Part shown: one piece after another, positions 19,098-28,377 of the stretch
How positions within the stretch are numbered: position 1 is the stretch's first letter
Layout of the letters: each line of letters opens with the position of its first letter
Origin: an uncultured archaeon
GTDB taxonomy: Archaea; Iainarchaeota; Iainarchaeia; Iainarchaeales; JAAZKV01
Direction of reading: 5' to 3'
DNA length: 32,000 nt
Assembly: GCA_964551375.1 (NCBI GenBank)
Contig: CAZKBG010000001.1
Span: 390,001-422,000 of the forward strand
Position numbers and translations under genes: made by a program
The notes under the pieces: model-generated
Databases searched by the model: none
Told to the model about the DNA's origin: nothing
Seen by the model: the letters and a program-made list of their open reading frames with translations, nothing else

Positions 19098-19766
19098 TCA
19101 CTTCTTCTTTCTAAGCTCTTTAATGATGATTTTTGCTTCACCCTGCATGGCAAGCCCAAAGCTTAGTCCAACAATTAGTGCAAGCGCTAAAATAAAACCG
19201 GCAAATGCAATTAAAAATGCCCATTCAAGCATTTCAGTCGGAAGTCCAATCATCTTAATACCCATAACCACCGCAACATAAACAATCGCAACTTCAACAA
19301 TAAGCCCCGCGATTTTTCTAAATGAATGCGTGGTAAGTTCAATTGCATTTCTAACATATCTTGCGATAATTAATCCAGCAATTATTACCACAACTGCAGC
19401 AATTACAGTAAGACCAAAGTTAATCCAAAACCCAAGCACTTCGCTTATAGTTGACAAACTCACAAGAGAAACTGCCTGTTTTAAAAAAACAAAAAAAACA
19501 TACCACTTCAAAACAGAGCCGCTGATTTCAGTAATTTTTTTATTCCCGATTGAATTTGATAATTTATTTTCAACAATCCAATCATCAAGATGAAATGACC
19601 TTAACAAGCGCACAACAAAAAGTTTTGCAAGCCAGCCGATAATAAAGCCAGCAACAATTAAGATTATTGCGGCAAAAATTAAAGGCAATTGTCCAATAAA
19701 AGCTGAGCTCAACTGCCCAAACGCCCCGAAAACTGCCCCGATAGGATCAGAAACAAAATCCACCAT
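19098..19766 (-). CDS. MscS-like conserved TM-helix protein (mechanosensitive channel related)
   Basis: Four to five TM helices with AAIILIVAGFIIGWLAKLFVVRLL and AAVVVIIAGLIIARYVRNAIE repeats. C-terminal GLSFGLAMQGEAKIIIKELRKK. Confidence 0.65.
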   Translation of the reverse strand: MVDFVSDPIGAVFGAFGQLSSAFIGQLPLIFAAIILIVAGFIIGWLAKLFVVRLLRSFHLDDWIVENKLSNSIGNKKITEISGSVLKWYVFFVFLKQAVSLVSLSTISEVLGFWINFGLTVIAAVVVIIAGLIIARYVRNAIELTTHSFRKIAGLIVEVAIVYVAVVMGIKMIGLPTEMLEWAFLIAFAGFILALALIVGLSFGLAMQGEAKIIIKELRKKK

Positions 19767-19797
19767 AACAATAACAGGACAGTGAAATGATTTTAAA

Positions 19798-20412
19798 TCA
19801 AACTATTTCCAATAAATCAACAATTATTTTCTTTACATCATCAACTGATGATTTAAGCGCGTCATTTACCACCAAGTAATCAAATTTATTCTCAAGCTTA
19901 AGCTCCTCTTTGGCAGTTTTTAATCTTGTCTCAATAACATCCGCCGAGTCCTTTCCTCTTGCAATTAATCTTTTCTTTAAAACCTCAAGCGAAGGAGCTT
20001 TAATAAAAATAACCACTGAAGAAGGGAAAACTTTTTTCAATGTTTTTGCGCCCTGAATATCAACGCAAATAACAACACTTTTTCCATAGTTAACCATTTC
20101 TTCAACTTCTGAGCGGAGGGAGCCGTAATAATTCCCGTAAACAGTAGCATACTCCAAAAGAGCGCCTTTTTTTAGATACTCCTCAAACTTTTCCTTTGAG
20201 ATGAAATAATAATCAACGCCGTGCTTTTCCCCTTTTCTGGGAGCGCGGGTTGTGCAAGTCACAATTCTTTTGCAAAAAGGCAAATCTCTTAAAACCGCAG
20301 CCATTAAAGTTGATTTTCCTGAGCCGCTTGTTCCAGTGAAAACAAAAAGCAATCCCTTCTTTACAGGCTCTTTCTTTGGAACGGATTTTTCACCATTTGA
20401 CTTTGATTTCAT
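19798..20412 (-). CDS. gmk: Guanylate kinase (bacterial/eukaryotic type)
   Basis: FVFTGTSGSGKSTLM P-loop, TRAPRKGEKHGVDYYFISKEKFEEYLKKGALLEYATVYGNYYGS, VDIQGAKTLKKVFP: diagnostic Gmk motifs. Confidence 0.93.
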   Translation of the reverse strand: MKSKSNGEKSVPKKEPVKKGLLFVFTGTSGSGKSTLMAAVLRDLPFCKRIVTCTTRAPRKGEKHGVDYYFISKEKFEEYLKKGALLEYATVYGNYYGSLRSEVEEMVNYGKSVVICVDIQGAKTLKKVFPSSVVIFIKAPSLEVLKKRLIARGKDSADVIETRLKTAKEELKLENKFDYLVVNDALKSSVDDVKKIIVDLLEIV

Positions 20413-20498
20413 GAATATATGAAAACAGATAAAAAATATAAAGAGTGGTGTGCAAGTTTTGCACCCACAAAAATAGTTAATTTAATTTGAAATGGACT

Positions 20499-22136
20499 TC
20501 ACATGTCCATTCCGTCGCCCATGCCGCCCATTCCAGGACCGCCAGTAGGCATCTTTGCTTTTGAAGAGCCCAAAATGATGTCATCAATTCTTAAAATCAT
20601 TTCAGCAACTTCGCTAGCCGAGTCAATTGCCTGTGTTTTTACCTGCAACGGCTCAAGGCATCTTGCGTTTTTCATGTCCTCGATTTTTCCTTTGTGAACA
20701 TTTACTCCAACGTACTTTCCGCCCTTTTGAGCGTGAGCGCTTCTTAATGTAACAAGAGCATCAATTGGATCCATTCCGGCAGTTTCTGCGAGTGTCCTTG
20801 GTATTACTTCAAGAGCCTCAGCGAATGCCTCAATAGCAAGCTGTTCTCTTCCGCCGATAGTTTTAGCAAATTCTCTTAACTTATGCGCAACTTCTGATTC
20901 GCATGAGCCTGCTCCAACCAAAACTTTTCCCATTTCAATCGCGCTTGAAACCGAGCCGATTGCGTCAACTAAAGCTCTTTCAGCTTCGTCAACTATGTGC
21001 TCTGTTCCGCCTCTGATTAAAATTGAAACGCTTTTTGGATTCTTGCAGTCTTCAACAAAAACCATTGCGTCTCCCGCAACTTTCTTATCATAAACTTTTC
21101 CAGCGTTTCCCAAATCTTTAGCAGAAAGCTCTTTCATGCTGTTTACAATGCTTGCGCCTGTAGCTCTTGCTAATGCATCCATGTCGGATTTTTTTACTCT
21201 TCTAACAGCAATTATTCCTTCTTTTGCTAAAAAGTGCTGAGCAAGGTCGTCAATTCCTTTTTGAGTAATAACAACATTAGCCCCAACTTTCTTAACTTGG
21301 GCAACCATGTCTTTCAACTGCTTTTCTTCAGTGTCAATGAAAGCCTGTAATTGTTCAGGAGTGTTGATTTCAATTTTTGCATCGCTTTCAGGCTCTCTAA
21401 CTTCAAGAGCTAAATCAAGCAAGGCAATTTTTGCATTAGAAATGCTTCTTGGCATTCCAGTATGAACAATTTCCTTGTCAATTACAATACCGCTGATTAA
21501 TTGAGTGTCCTTTAATGACCCGCCTGTTTTCTTTTCAAGTTTTATATTATCTTCATCAATAGTAACTTTCCCATTCTTTTGGTCAGTAACATTTGAAATC
21601 GCATCAACTACTAAATCAGCAAGCTCTTCAGCGGATTCAGCTGATTTTCCAGTGATTGAAGTTAGAGCAATTATTTTTAGCGTTTTTTTGTCATCAAATT
21701 TAACATCATCAGCTGTTTCAGCATAAAACTGTTTAGCTTTTGTAGCAGCCTGCATGTAACCGTTTACAATAATGCTTGGGTGAATTGAATCATCCAAAAG
21801 CTTTTCAGCCTTTTCCAAAAAAGTTCCTGCCAAAATTACAGCAGTAGTAGTTCCGTCTCCGACTTCAGCATCCTGAGTCTTCGCAACATCAACCATCATT
21901 TTTCCAACAGGGTGCTCGATAGCCATTTCGCTCAAAATTGTTGCTCCGTCATTTGAAATAGTAACATCGCCAAGCTCATCAACAATCATTTTGTCCATTC
22001 CCTTAGGACCAAGAGTTGATTTAACCGCCTGCGCAACCGCTCTTGCGATTAAAATATTCATTCTCTGAGCATCTCTCCCTCTTGTTCTTTTAGTTCCCTC
22101 GCTCATGAAAGCGTTTTGTTGTTCCTGTTCAGCCAT
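20499..22136 (-). CDS. Thermosome subunit (group II chaperonin)
   Basis: [42 protein letters not shown]-terminal [14 protein letters not shown]. Start MAEQEQQ at 22136 is preceded by Shine-Dalgarno-like GGAGGGTG. ORF track start is 22172. Confidence 0.97.
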   Translation of the reverse strand: MAEQEQQNAFMSEGTKRTRGRDAQRMNILIARAVAQAVKSTLGPKGMDKMIVDELGDVTISNDGATILSEMAIEHPVGKMMVDVAKTQDAEVGDGTTTAVILAGTFLEKAEKLLDDSIHPSIIVNGYMQAATKAKQFYAETADDVKFDDKKTLKIIALTSITGKSAESAEELADLVVDAISNVTDQKNGKVTIDEDNIKLEKKTGGSLKDTQLISGIVIDKEIVHTGMPRSISNAKIALLDLALEVREPESDAKIEINTPEQLQAFIDTEEKQLKDMVAQVKKVGANVVITQKGIDDLAQHFLAKEGIIAVRRVKKSDMDALARATGASIVNSMKELSAKDLGNAGKVYDKKVAGDAMVFVEDCKNPKSVSILIRGGTEHIVDEAERALVDAIGSVSSAIEMGKVLVGAGSCESEVAHKLREFAKTIGGREQLAIEAFAEALEVIPRTLAETAGMDPIDALVTLRSAHAQKGGKYVGVNVHKGKIEDMKNARCLEPLQVKTQAIDSASEVAEMILRIDDIILGSSKAKMPTGGPGMGGMGDGMDM

Positions 22137-22280
22137 ACACTCACCCTCCAAAATAAACCTAAATGACTTCATTTAGCCAAAATATAATCAGTCAATACTT
22201 AAGTAAAAGTCATAAAAAAGGAATAAAAAGGTTGCTGTACAGGGGTAAAAGAGATTTATGTTAGGCCAATTTACAGTTCC

Positions 22281-23138
22281 TTAACCGTTCTTGCAGCACC
22301 AAATATCAAGCCTATAAGTCGCATGCGAATGGTTAGGATCATACTCAAAACAACCATTTCTAACTCCATCAGGATTCATTACTCTTTCCAAATAAGTATT
22401 CTCCCCTCCAAGACCAGTTCTTGATGAATTAAAAGCCGTGCACGCACCATCTGAAGCACAACTGTAAATGGTTTCAAGATAAGTTTCTGGAGCGGAGTCA
22501 TCAACCATGTTGCAACTGAAAAGAATTGGATAAGAACTAGGACAATAAAGCACAGCATCCTTGCTCATTGCGGCACCTCTTTTCCAAGTGCACTGCTGGG
22601 TAATCATAAATACTGTTGTCCCAGCAACAGTTTCATCAGCAGCACAAGCCCAAAAAGAACCATTCCACTTTACAACCTGACCGGCAGAACAGGAAGGCAG
22701 AGTAGTCCCAGAATTATCCGATGAGCAAATCCAGGTAGTTCCATTATATTTCAAAACCTGACCATTGGAACAAGAAGGAAGGCTGCCGGCATTATCACTT
22801 CCGCAAACCCAAGCTCCTGATTGCCATTTCAAAACCTGCCCGTCCGAGCAAGAAGGAAGCCCAGTAACTGATACAGAAACCCCTCCGCAAACCCAAGAAT
22901 TTTGAGCACTGCTCCACTTTAACAAATTTCCATCAGCACAGCTGGCAACACTTGTTCCGCCATACTTAGCAAGCAAAACATTATTGCTATCCACTACTGA
23001 TTCAACCCCAACCGCAACCTGTGAAAATTGATGAAACGGACGAGATTGATCAACATTCACCGCGACAGTGAAAATTACTCCAAGAACAAGAACAAAAAAA
23101 ACAATCACTATTTTATCAAAACCGCTAAACGAAACCAT
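22281..23138 (-). CDS. Membrane-anchored tail-fibre-like repeat protein, paralog A
   Basis: N-terminal anchor [64 protein letters not shown] shared with two neighbours. Four repeats of LPSCSxGQVLKxxxGxWxC. Distinct Cys-rich C-terminal domain. Confidence 0.85.
   Translation of the reverse strand: MVSFSGFDKIVIVFFVLVLGVIFTVAVNVDQSRPFHQFSQVAVGVESVVDSNNVLLAKYGGTSVASCADGNLLKWSSAQNSWVCGGVSVSVTGLPSCSDGQVLKWQSGAWVCGSDNAGSLPSCSNGQVLKYNGTTWICSSDNSGTTLPSCSAGQVVKWNGSFWACAADETVAGTTVFMITQQCTWKRGAAMSKDAVLYCPSSYPILFSCNMVDDSAPETYLETIYSCASDGACTAFNSSRTGLGGENTYLERVMNPDGVRNGCFEYDPNHSHATYRLDIWCCKNG
22635..22940 (-). repeat. Four C-xx-G-[QN]-[VL]-[LV]-K-x-G-x-W-x-C protein repeats
   Basis: CADGNLLKWSSAQNSWVC, CSDGQVLKWQSGAWVC, CSNGQVLKYNGTTWIC, CSAGQVVKWNGSFWAC. 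Confidence 0.85.
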
Positions 23139-23192
23139 CCAATCAAATCCTAATTAAATAAAAAATACTTTAACTTATCTAAACATTATCAA

Positions 23193-23972
23193 CTATTGCC
23201 CGCAAATAGGAGAAGCGCCAGCAGAATAAGTCCCGCATGTTGAAATCGCTGATGACTGCGTCCAAGTTCCATTAGCATTGCAAGTCTGCCGATAAACATT
23301 CCACCACTGCATTCCAGCGCAAGGAATTTGAGTAAAACAAAAAGTTCCTGCGCTATAAGTTTTTCCATTCCAAGTGCAAGGCGCAACACCAGCAGGACCA
23401 GCAGGGCCAGTTGGACCAACAGGACCTTGAATACCCTGCGCACCAGGAGCACCATTAGATCCGTTAGCTCCGGCAGGACCTTGAATACCCTGCGGACCTT
23501 GAGGACCAGCAGGACCAGGAGGACCAGCAAGCAAATCTCCGCAAATCCAAGCGCTTCCATTATACTTCAAAATCTGCCCGTTAGCGCAAGTTGGCAAAGT
23601 CACACCAGCACCGCCAGCATTATCCGTTCCGCAAGCCCAAACACTTCCATTAACTTTCAAAACCTGCCCATTAACACAAGTCGGCAAACTAACTCCAGCA
23701 CCGCCAGAATTGTCAATCCCGCAAGTCCAGCTCCCGCTAGCGCCGCCGCTCCACTTTAGCACATTTCCGTCTGCGCAATAAACAACCCCTGTTCCCCCAA
23801 ACTTTGCAAGAAGAATATTACTATCCGCTACCGACTCATTCCCAACGGCTATTTGAGAAAATTGATGATATGGTCTTGATGGCTCAACATTTAACGCAGT
23901 AGCAAAAATTACTCCAAGAACAAGAACAAAAAAAATAATTAGAATTTTATCAAAACCGCTTAAAGAAGCCAT
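23193..23972 (-). CDS. Membrane-anchored tail-fibre-like repeat protein with collagen-like domain, paralog B
   Basis: Same N-terminal anchor as A ([48 protein letters not shown]). Three CxxGQVLK repeats, then 15 consecutive G-x-y triplets, then a separate Cys-rich head. Confidence 0.87.
   Translation of the reverse strand: MASLSGFDKILIIFFVLVLGVIFATALNVEPSRPYHQFSQIAVGNESVADSNILLAKFGGTGVVYCADGNVLKWSGGASGSWTCGIDNSGGAGVSLPTCVNGQVLKVNGSVWACGTDNAGGAGVTLPTCANGQILKYNGSAWICGDLLAGPPGPAGPQGPQGIQGPAGANGSNGAPGAQGIQGPVGPTGPAGPAGVAPCTWNGKTYSAGTFCFTQIPCAGMQWWNVYRQTCNANGTWTQSSAISTCGTYSAGASPICGQ
23391..23525 (-). repeat. Collagen-like segment, 15 perfect Gly-X-Y triplets
   Basis: [45 protein letters not shown], followed by G. 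Confidence 0.95.
23538..23777 (-). repeat. Three C-xx-GQVLK protein repeats
   Basis: [51 protein letters not shown]. Confidence 0.85.
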
Positions 23973-24075
23973 GTTTATAGTAAAGCTTTTGATTATTTAA
24001 ATATTAGTTTAGCCAAGCAATAACAAAGTATGCAATAAATACCTAATATTAATTCGTGCTAACCTAAATCAATTA

Positions 24076-24654
24076 ATGAAATTCACAAAAATTAAGCAGA
24101 TTGCAAAAGGATGGAGCTCTTACGTGTGGCTAGTACAGACAGAGAGCGGAAAAGAGCTTGTGCTAAAAGAAGTGCGCGAGAAGAGCCCAAGAAAAGACTT
24201 GGCGGAGAGAGAAGGAAAAATGCTTTTGCTTGCAAACAGAGTCGGCGTTGGCCCAAAAGTCGAAGAAGTTAACTTTGAAGAAAATTATGTTATTATGGAA
24301 CTCGTGAAAGGAAAAAAACTGCTTGACTGGATACTGAGCGAAGAGTTTGAAAAAAACATTGCAAAAGAAGAAGTCTGGGAATTTTTAAAAAAGCTCTACA
24401 AACAACTTCTTTCGCTTGACTCAATTAATTTAAGCCACAATCAGCTCCAAGTCGGAAAAAACATTCTTGTAGTCGAACAAATCGGCAAAAACCTTGAAAG
24501 AGAATTTATCCCAGTGATAATTGATTTTGAAAAAGCGTCAATAAAAGAAAACAACCGCACAAAAAACATAGGACAGATTGAAGCATTCCTCTTTTACAAC
24601 CCTCATTCAATTGTAGCGCAGAAATTTAGAGCCAAGTTTGAAGTCGCGCTCTGA
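24076..24654 (+). CDS. Small predicted Ser/Thr protein kinase-like protein (RIO/Bud32-related fold)
   Basis: IKQIAKGWSSYVWLV (Gly-rich-like), ELVLKEVREK (Lys), YVIMELVKGKKLLDWI, LSHNQLQVGKNILVV (catalytic-loop position), VIIDFEKA (metal-binding Asp). Confidence 0.7.
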   Translation: MKFTKIKQIAKGWSSYVWLVQTESGKELVLKEVREKSPRKDLAEREGKMLLLANRVGVGPKVEEVNFEENYVIMELVKGKKLLDWILSEEFEKNIAKEEVWEFLKKLYKQLLSLDSINLSHNQLQVGKNILVVEQIGKNLEREFIPVIIDFEKASIKENNRTKNIGQIEAFLFYNPHSIVAQKFRAKFEVAL

Positions 24655-24700
24655 AAATTAGAGTTAAGAAGAAATTAAAATTAAAAAGAATTAATGCTGC

Positions 24701-26044
24701 TTAAAAATCACAAACACTGATTAAAAAATAAACATACGCATTCCAAGTGCTGTTTGATTGAAGATAATAAACTGAATTCGGGCTTGATTCTGAAAATCCA
24801 TAATCATCCCAAATATCAAGACCTTCATCCCAGCCGAGGAATTTTTTATTAACTCCGTCCCCGTTAACTCCGGTATTGTCTCCGTATGCGTCATGCCAAT
24901 AATGAACATTTGAAATATTTTTCTGCCTAAACATTACAGGATAGCTTGTGTAAAACTTTGCGCCCGCTGGACGATAACTAGCGCCTCGAGTATCATACTT
25001 CCAAATTCTATAAGAACAACCGTCATCATCCTCGCAAATATTTCTGCCGTTTTTTATTAGTGAAATAACTCCATTCTGCCCATTAGTTGCAGTATCAATA
25101 GTGTTGCAAAAAGTAACTGCGCTGCTTTGAGTCATAGACGTGTTTGTAACTGTAACCGCTCCTGTTGAAGCGCTCACGCTAATACCAGCCCCAGCAGCAA
25201 CGCTAGTAACGCCAGTATTTGAAACTGCAACATTTCCTGTTCCGCCTGCTGGATTTACACTAATTCCAGTTCCTGCAGAAACTCTAGTCACTCCAGCCGC
25301 GCCAACATCATCACTCGCACAAGCCCATGTTGTTCCATTATGCTTCAAAACCTGCCCGCTCAAACAAACAGGCAATGGAGTTCCGCCAGTTGAAACTGCC
25401 CTGGGACAAAAATAAGATACGGTTCCAACAAGATTTGTATAAGTAGAATAATCAGTGCCGTCATTATGCCTATATATGGCAATTCCCCCATTTTCAAAGA
25501 CAGCAGATGTCAATCCTGAATAAGTGTGCACTGTGCCACCAGGATTATTTATAGTCCCCATTCCCCAAAATCCGTTTCCGCCCGGATTTATTGACTTCGC
25601 TGCAACCGCACCGCCTTCAGCAGAAAAAGTTGATAAAACACCAACACACCCAGCGCTTGGAAGTCCTGCTGAACAATCAGCAGCAGTCCAACCATAACTA
25701 GCCCAGCCACCATAAGAATATACAAATGTCTTAGAACAAACAGTATTCAAATCAAAAACAGTTGTTGAGCCAGCTCCGCCTGAATTATCAGCACAAATCC
25801 AAGACCCGCTTGAACTGCCAGTCCATTTTAGTGTCTGCCCGCTGCTGCAAAATGGAACTCCCGTACCGCCGTACTTCGCAAGCAGAACATTATTATCAGA
25901 AATCGACTCTACACCAACCGCAACCTGCGAAAACTGATGAAAAGGCTTTGCGGGGTCAACATTACCCGCAACAGTAAAAATTACTCCAAAAACAAGAACT
26001 AAAAAAAGAACAAGAATTTTATCAAACTTGCTGAACGAAACCAT
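24701..26044 (-). CDS. Membrane-anchored tail-fibre-like repeat protein, paralog C
   Basis: Start MVSFSKFDKILVLFLVLVFGVIFTVAGNVDPAKPFHQFSQVAVGVESISDNNVLLAKYGGTGV matches A and B. Two CxxGQ[TV]LK repeats. VTRVSAGTGISVNPAGGTGNVAVSNTGVTSVAAGAGISVSASTGAVTVTNT is fibre-like. ORF track GTG start is 26053. Confidence 0.85.
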   Translation of the reverse strand: MVSFSKFDKILVLFLVLVFGVIFTVAGNVDPAKPFHQFSQVAVGVESISDNNVLLAKYGGTGVPFCSSGQTLKWTGSSSGSWICADNSGGAGSTTVFDLNTVCSKTFVYSYGGWASYGWTAADCSAGLPSAGCVGVLSTFSAEGGAVAAKSINPGGNGFWGMGTINNPGGTVHTYSGLTSAVFENGGIAIYRHNDGTDYSTYTNLVGTVSYFCPRAVSTGGTPLPVCLSGQVLKHNGTTWACASDDVGAAGVTRVSAGTGISVNPAGGTGNVAVSNTGVTSVAAGAGISVSASTGAVTVTNTSMTQSSAVTFCNTIDTATNGQNGVISLIKNGRNICEDDDGCSYRIWKYDTRGASYRPAGAKFYTSYPVMFRQKNISNVHYWHDAYGDNTGVNGDGVNKKFLGWDEGLDIWDDYGFSESSPNSVYYLQSNSTWNAYVYFLISVCDF

Positions 26045-26079
26045 TATTACCACAATAATTATTTATAAAATATTTTTAA

Positions 26080-27273
26080 TTACTTTTTCAGCCGCTTATT
26101 GCCTTTGTTTTTTGTAACTATGAAAATAATCCCTGCAAGAAGAACTAATAAAACGAAAATATTGTTGTCAGGTATTGTCTGATTCTCGCCCGGCGCTTTT
26201 GTCACAGGGAAGAAAGTATCTTTCATGCATTTTCCAACGCTAAGTCTTGCAAAGAAAGGATTTCCCGAAATTGAAGAAGGAATTTTAAAATTATTAAAAT
26301 CTTTTTCAATAGTTCCGCAATTTAATCCATTCACTTCCTTAAGCACATTTCCCATAGGGTCAAAAATTATTATATTTGCGTCAAGGTTATTATATTTACA
26401 AGCGTATTTTAGCAAAACATTTGTGTCATAATAAATTTTTCCCGCTTCAAACTTTGAAATATTACAATCCCCGCCAGGACCCGGAGGAGTAACTGGCCCG
26501 CTGCCGCCCGCTGCAATGTTAAAAGTAATTACTGAAGAAGGACATGCTGGAGTGGAGTTTCTTGTAATAATTGCAGTAAAATCCTTGCTTGAGAGCCCGC
26601 CCATATTCAAAGTTGATGAATTAATATCAAATGTTGTCACAACTGGAGAACACTGGTTTGAATCTTTTCTAAAAAAGTTCAAATTATCAGGCCCGATTAA
26701 AATATTCATGTCAACTGAAGCCGGAGAGCCGCCTATGCACTGATAGCTGAAAATAATTTTTTCCCCAACCGTGTAATATGATTTGTTTGTAGAAAAATTT
26801 GTTGTTGCAGGACAAGCAGGCGGAACCAGCGGAGCTTTGCAGCAGAATTTTACTTCCTCTGCCCCGAAAATATTGCATGAAGACAAATGAGCATTAGTAA
26901 AATCGCTTAACCCGAATTTGCAGCTATCCCCCGCAGTGCACGCAGCGCCTTTTGCGGTGTAATAACAATTTGCTGTAAAATAAGCTGAGTTCATGCAGAT
27001 ATTATTATCCCTATAAAATGCATACGCATTTGTTTCAGCATGAGCATTAGTAGGGTCGCTTAAGCCAAGAACTCTTACAGAGCCCGCAGTGCCGCAGGCA
27101 GCAGCGCCTGTTGAGTCAATCATTGCAATATTAGTGTAACCGCAAAGACCATGCCCAGTTTTGCAAGCATGCGATTCAACTGAACTGTTGTAATATGATA
27201 CAAGCGGAACATCAGCCGCAAAAACAAGCGAAGCCGCAATAAGGATAAACAATAGGATAAGTAATTTCTTCAT
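26080..27273 (-). CDS. Cys-rich exported protein with C-terminal anchor
   Basis: Signal peptide MKKLLILLFILIAASLVFAAD. Internal GLSDPTNAHAE / GLSDFTNAHLS repeat. C-terminal TIPDNNIFVLLVLLAGIIFIVTKNKGNKRLKK. Confidence 0.75.
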   Translation of the reverse strand: MKKLLILLFILIAASLVFAADVPLVSYYNSSVESHACKTGHGLCGYTNIAMIDSTGAAACGTAGSVRVLGLSDPTNAHAETNAYAFYRDNNICMNSAYFTANCYYTAKGAACTAGDSCKFGLSDFTNAHLSSCNIFGAEEVKFCCKAPLVPPACPATTNFSTNKSYYTVGEKIIFSYQCIGGSPASVDMNILIGPDNLNFFRKDSNQCSPVVTTFDINSSTLNMGGLSSKDFTAIITRNSTPACPSSVITFNIAAGGSGPVTPPGPGGDCNISKFEAGKIYYDTNVLLKYACKYNNLDANIIIFDPMGNVLKEVNGLNCGTIEKDFNNFKIPSSISGNPFFARLSVGKCMKDTFFPVTKAPGENQTIPDNNIFVLLVLLAGIIFIVTKNKGNKRLKK

Positions 27274-27382
27274 TTAACTCAATACTAAGAAAAACTTTCA
27301 AATATAAAAACATGACTAAATGACGCTTTAAATGAAATTTTTGAGAAAAATTGGAAAAACCCATAAAAAAAACAGGCTTTTT

Positions 27383-28207
27383 TTAAATTTTGAATTTATG
27401 GTTAACTTCAACTATTAATAAATCGCAGATTGTTCTCATTGATTCCATCTGCTGAATAATTCTTTCCTTCTCAAGCTCAATTTCACCCACAGCTTCATAG
27501 GGTTCAACTGATTCCTTAAACATAGATCTGTCAATGTAAGGATACGGATAGGAATCCATTTTCTTTGAAACTTTAGCAACTAAATTTCCAAGCCAAACAT
27601 TCAACCCTCTTTTAACAGGACCCTTAATTGTTTTCTTGTCATCAAGATGCTTTCTTAATTTATTAGTAATTGTAGCTTTTGGAAAAGGCAAATCATCCTG
27701 CTCAAGCTTTAATGAAACAGCTTTTGATTTTGCTTCAGCGTCAATCTGAGAAATAACAGCATCGCACTCAACTTTTATTGAATTTATCTTCTTGATTAAC
27801 TCTTCGCGCTGTTTGTTTATGCTTTGAAGATCGTCATAAGGCGCAATTGAATCTTTTAACATGTCATAATTAACGTAAGTATAGGGCTGGGAGTTCATTT
27901 TTTTTGCAATTCTTTCAACCATGGTGTTAACCCAAAGGTTCATTTCATCCTTAACAGTCCCCTTAATCTGCTTTCCTTTTGAAACGTTTTTTCTAACCAG
28001 ATTAGTTATTGTTGCTCTTGGAAAAGGCAGTTTTTCATCATCGCCTTCAGCCCCGTTTGATTCGGAAACTGCGCCATTATCATCATCAGCATCATCAAAA
28101 TCAGATTCTTCAAGCCCAGAAGCGTCTTTTTCATCAGCATTTACTTCTTTTTCCATATCCTCGTCCTGCTTAACTGCGTCCTTTTTAGCCTGTTTTTGTT
28201 CAACCAT
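27383..28207 (-). CDS. Protein with acidic N-terminal tail and two tandem histone-fold-like units separated by predicted coiled coil
   Basis: LPFPRATITNLVRK...TVKDEMNLWVNTMVERIAKKMNS...YVNYDMLKDSIAPYDD repeated 113 aa later as LPFPKATITNKLRK...PVKRGLNVWLGNLVAKVSKKMDS...YIDRSMFKESVEPYEA. Helix pattern matches histone helices 1-2-3. Confidence 0.6.
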   Translation of the reverse strand: MVEQKQAKKDAVKQDEDMEKEVNADEKDASGLEESDFDDADDDNGAVSESNGAEGDDEKLPFPRATITNLVRKNVSKGKQIKGTVKDEMNLWVNTMVERIAKKMNSQPYTYVNYDMLKDSIAPYDDLQSINKQREELIKKINSIKVECDAVISQIDAEAKSKAVSLKLEQDDLPFPKATITNKLRKHLDDKKTIKGPVKRGLNVWLGNLVAKVSKKMDSYPYPYIDRSMFKESVEPYEAVGEIELEKERIIQQMESMRTICDLLIVEVNHKFKI

Positions 28208-28377
28208 AAGCCCACCAAATTAAGGATTTATTGCAACAAGAAGCATATAAATCATTCGCTCACATCGAAAAAATTTAAAAAAAAGCCCCTCACTTGCAAT
28301 AATTTAAAAAGATTTATAAAGCCAAGCCGTTTAAAATGACATGATTATTTTAATTTTTTAACCCATTTTACGCTGCT

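Noticed and set aside
23189-23560. 123 aa Leu/Val-rich minus-strand ORF
   Set aside because: Alternative frame of the collagen-like and GQVLK repeats. The repetitive codons create an artificial Leu-Val-rich reading.
23328-23759. 143 aa + strand Ser/Thr/Arg-rich ORF
   Set aside because: Antisense frame of the repeat and collagen-like region.
22281-26053. Could the tail-fibre-like cluster be a prophage remnant?
   Set aside because: No capsid, terminase, portal, integrase or tail-tube genes in the window. The proteins have N-terminal TM anchors, and flanking genes are cellular (thermosome, histone-like), so cellular surface proteins are more likely.
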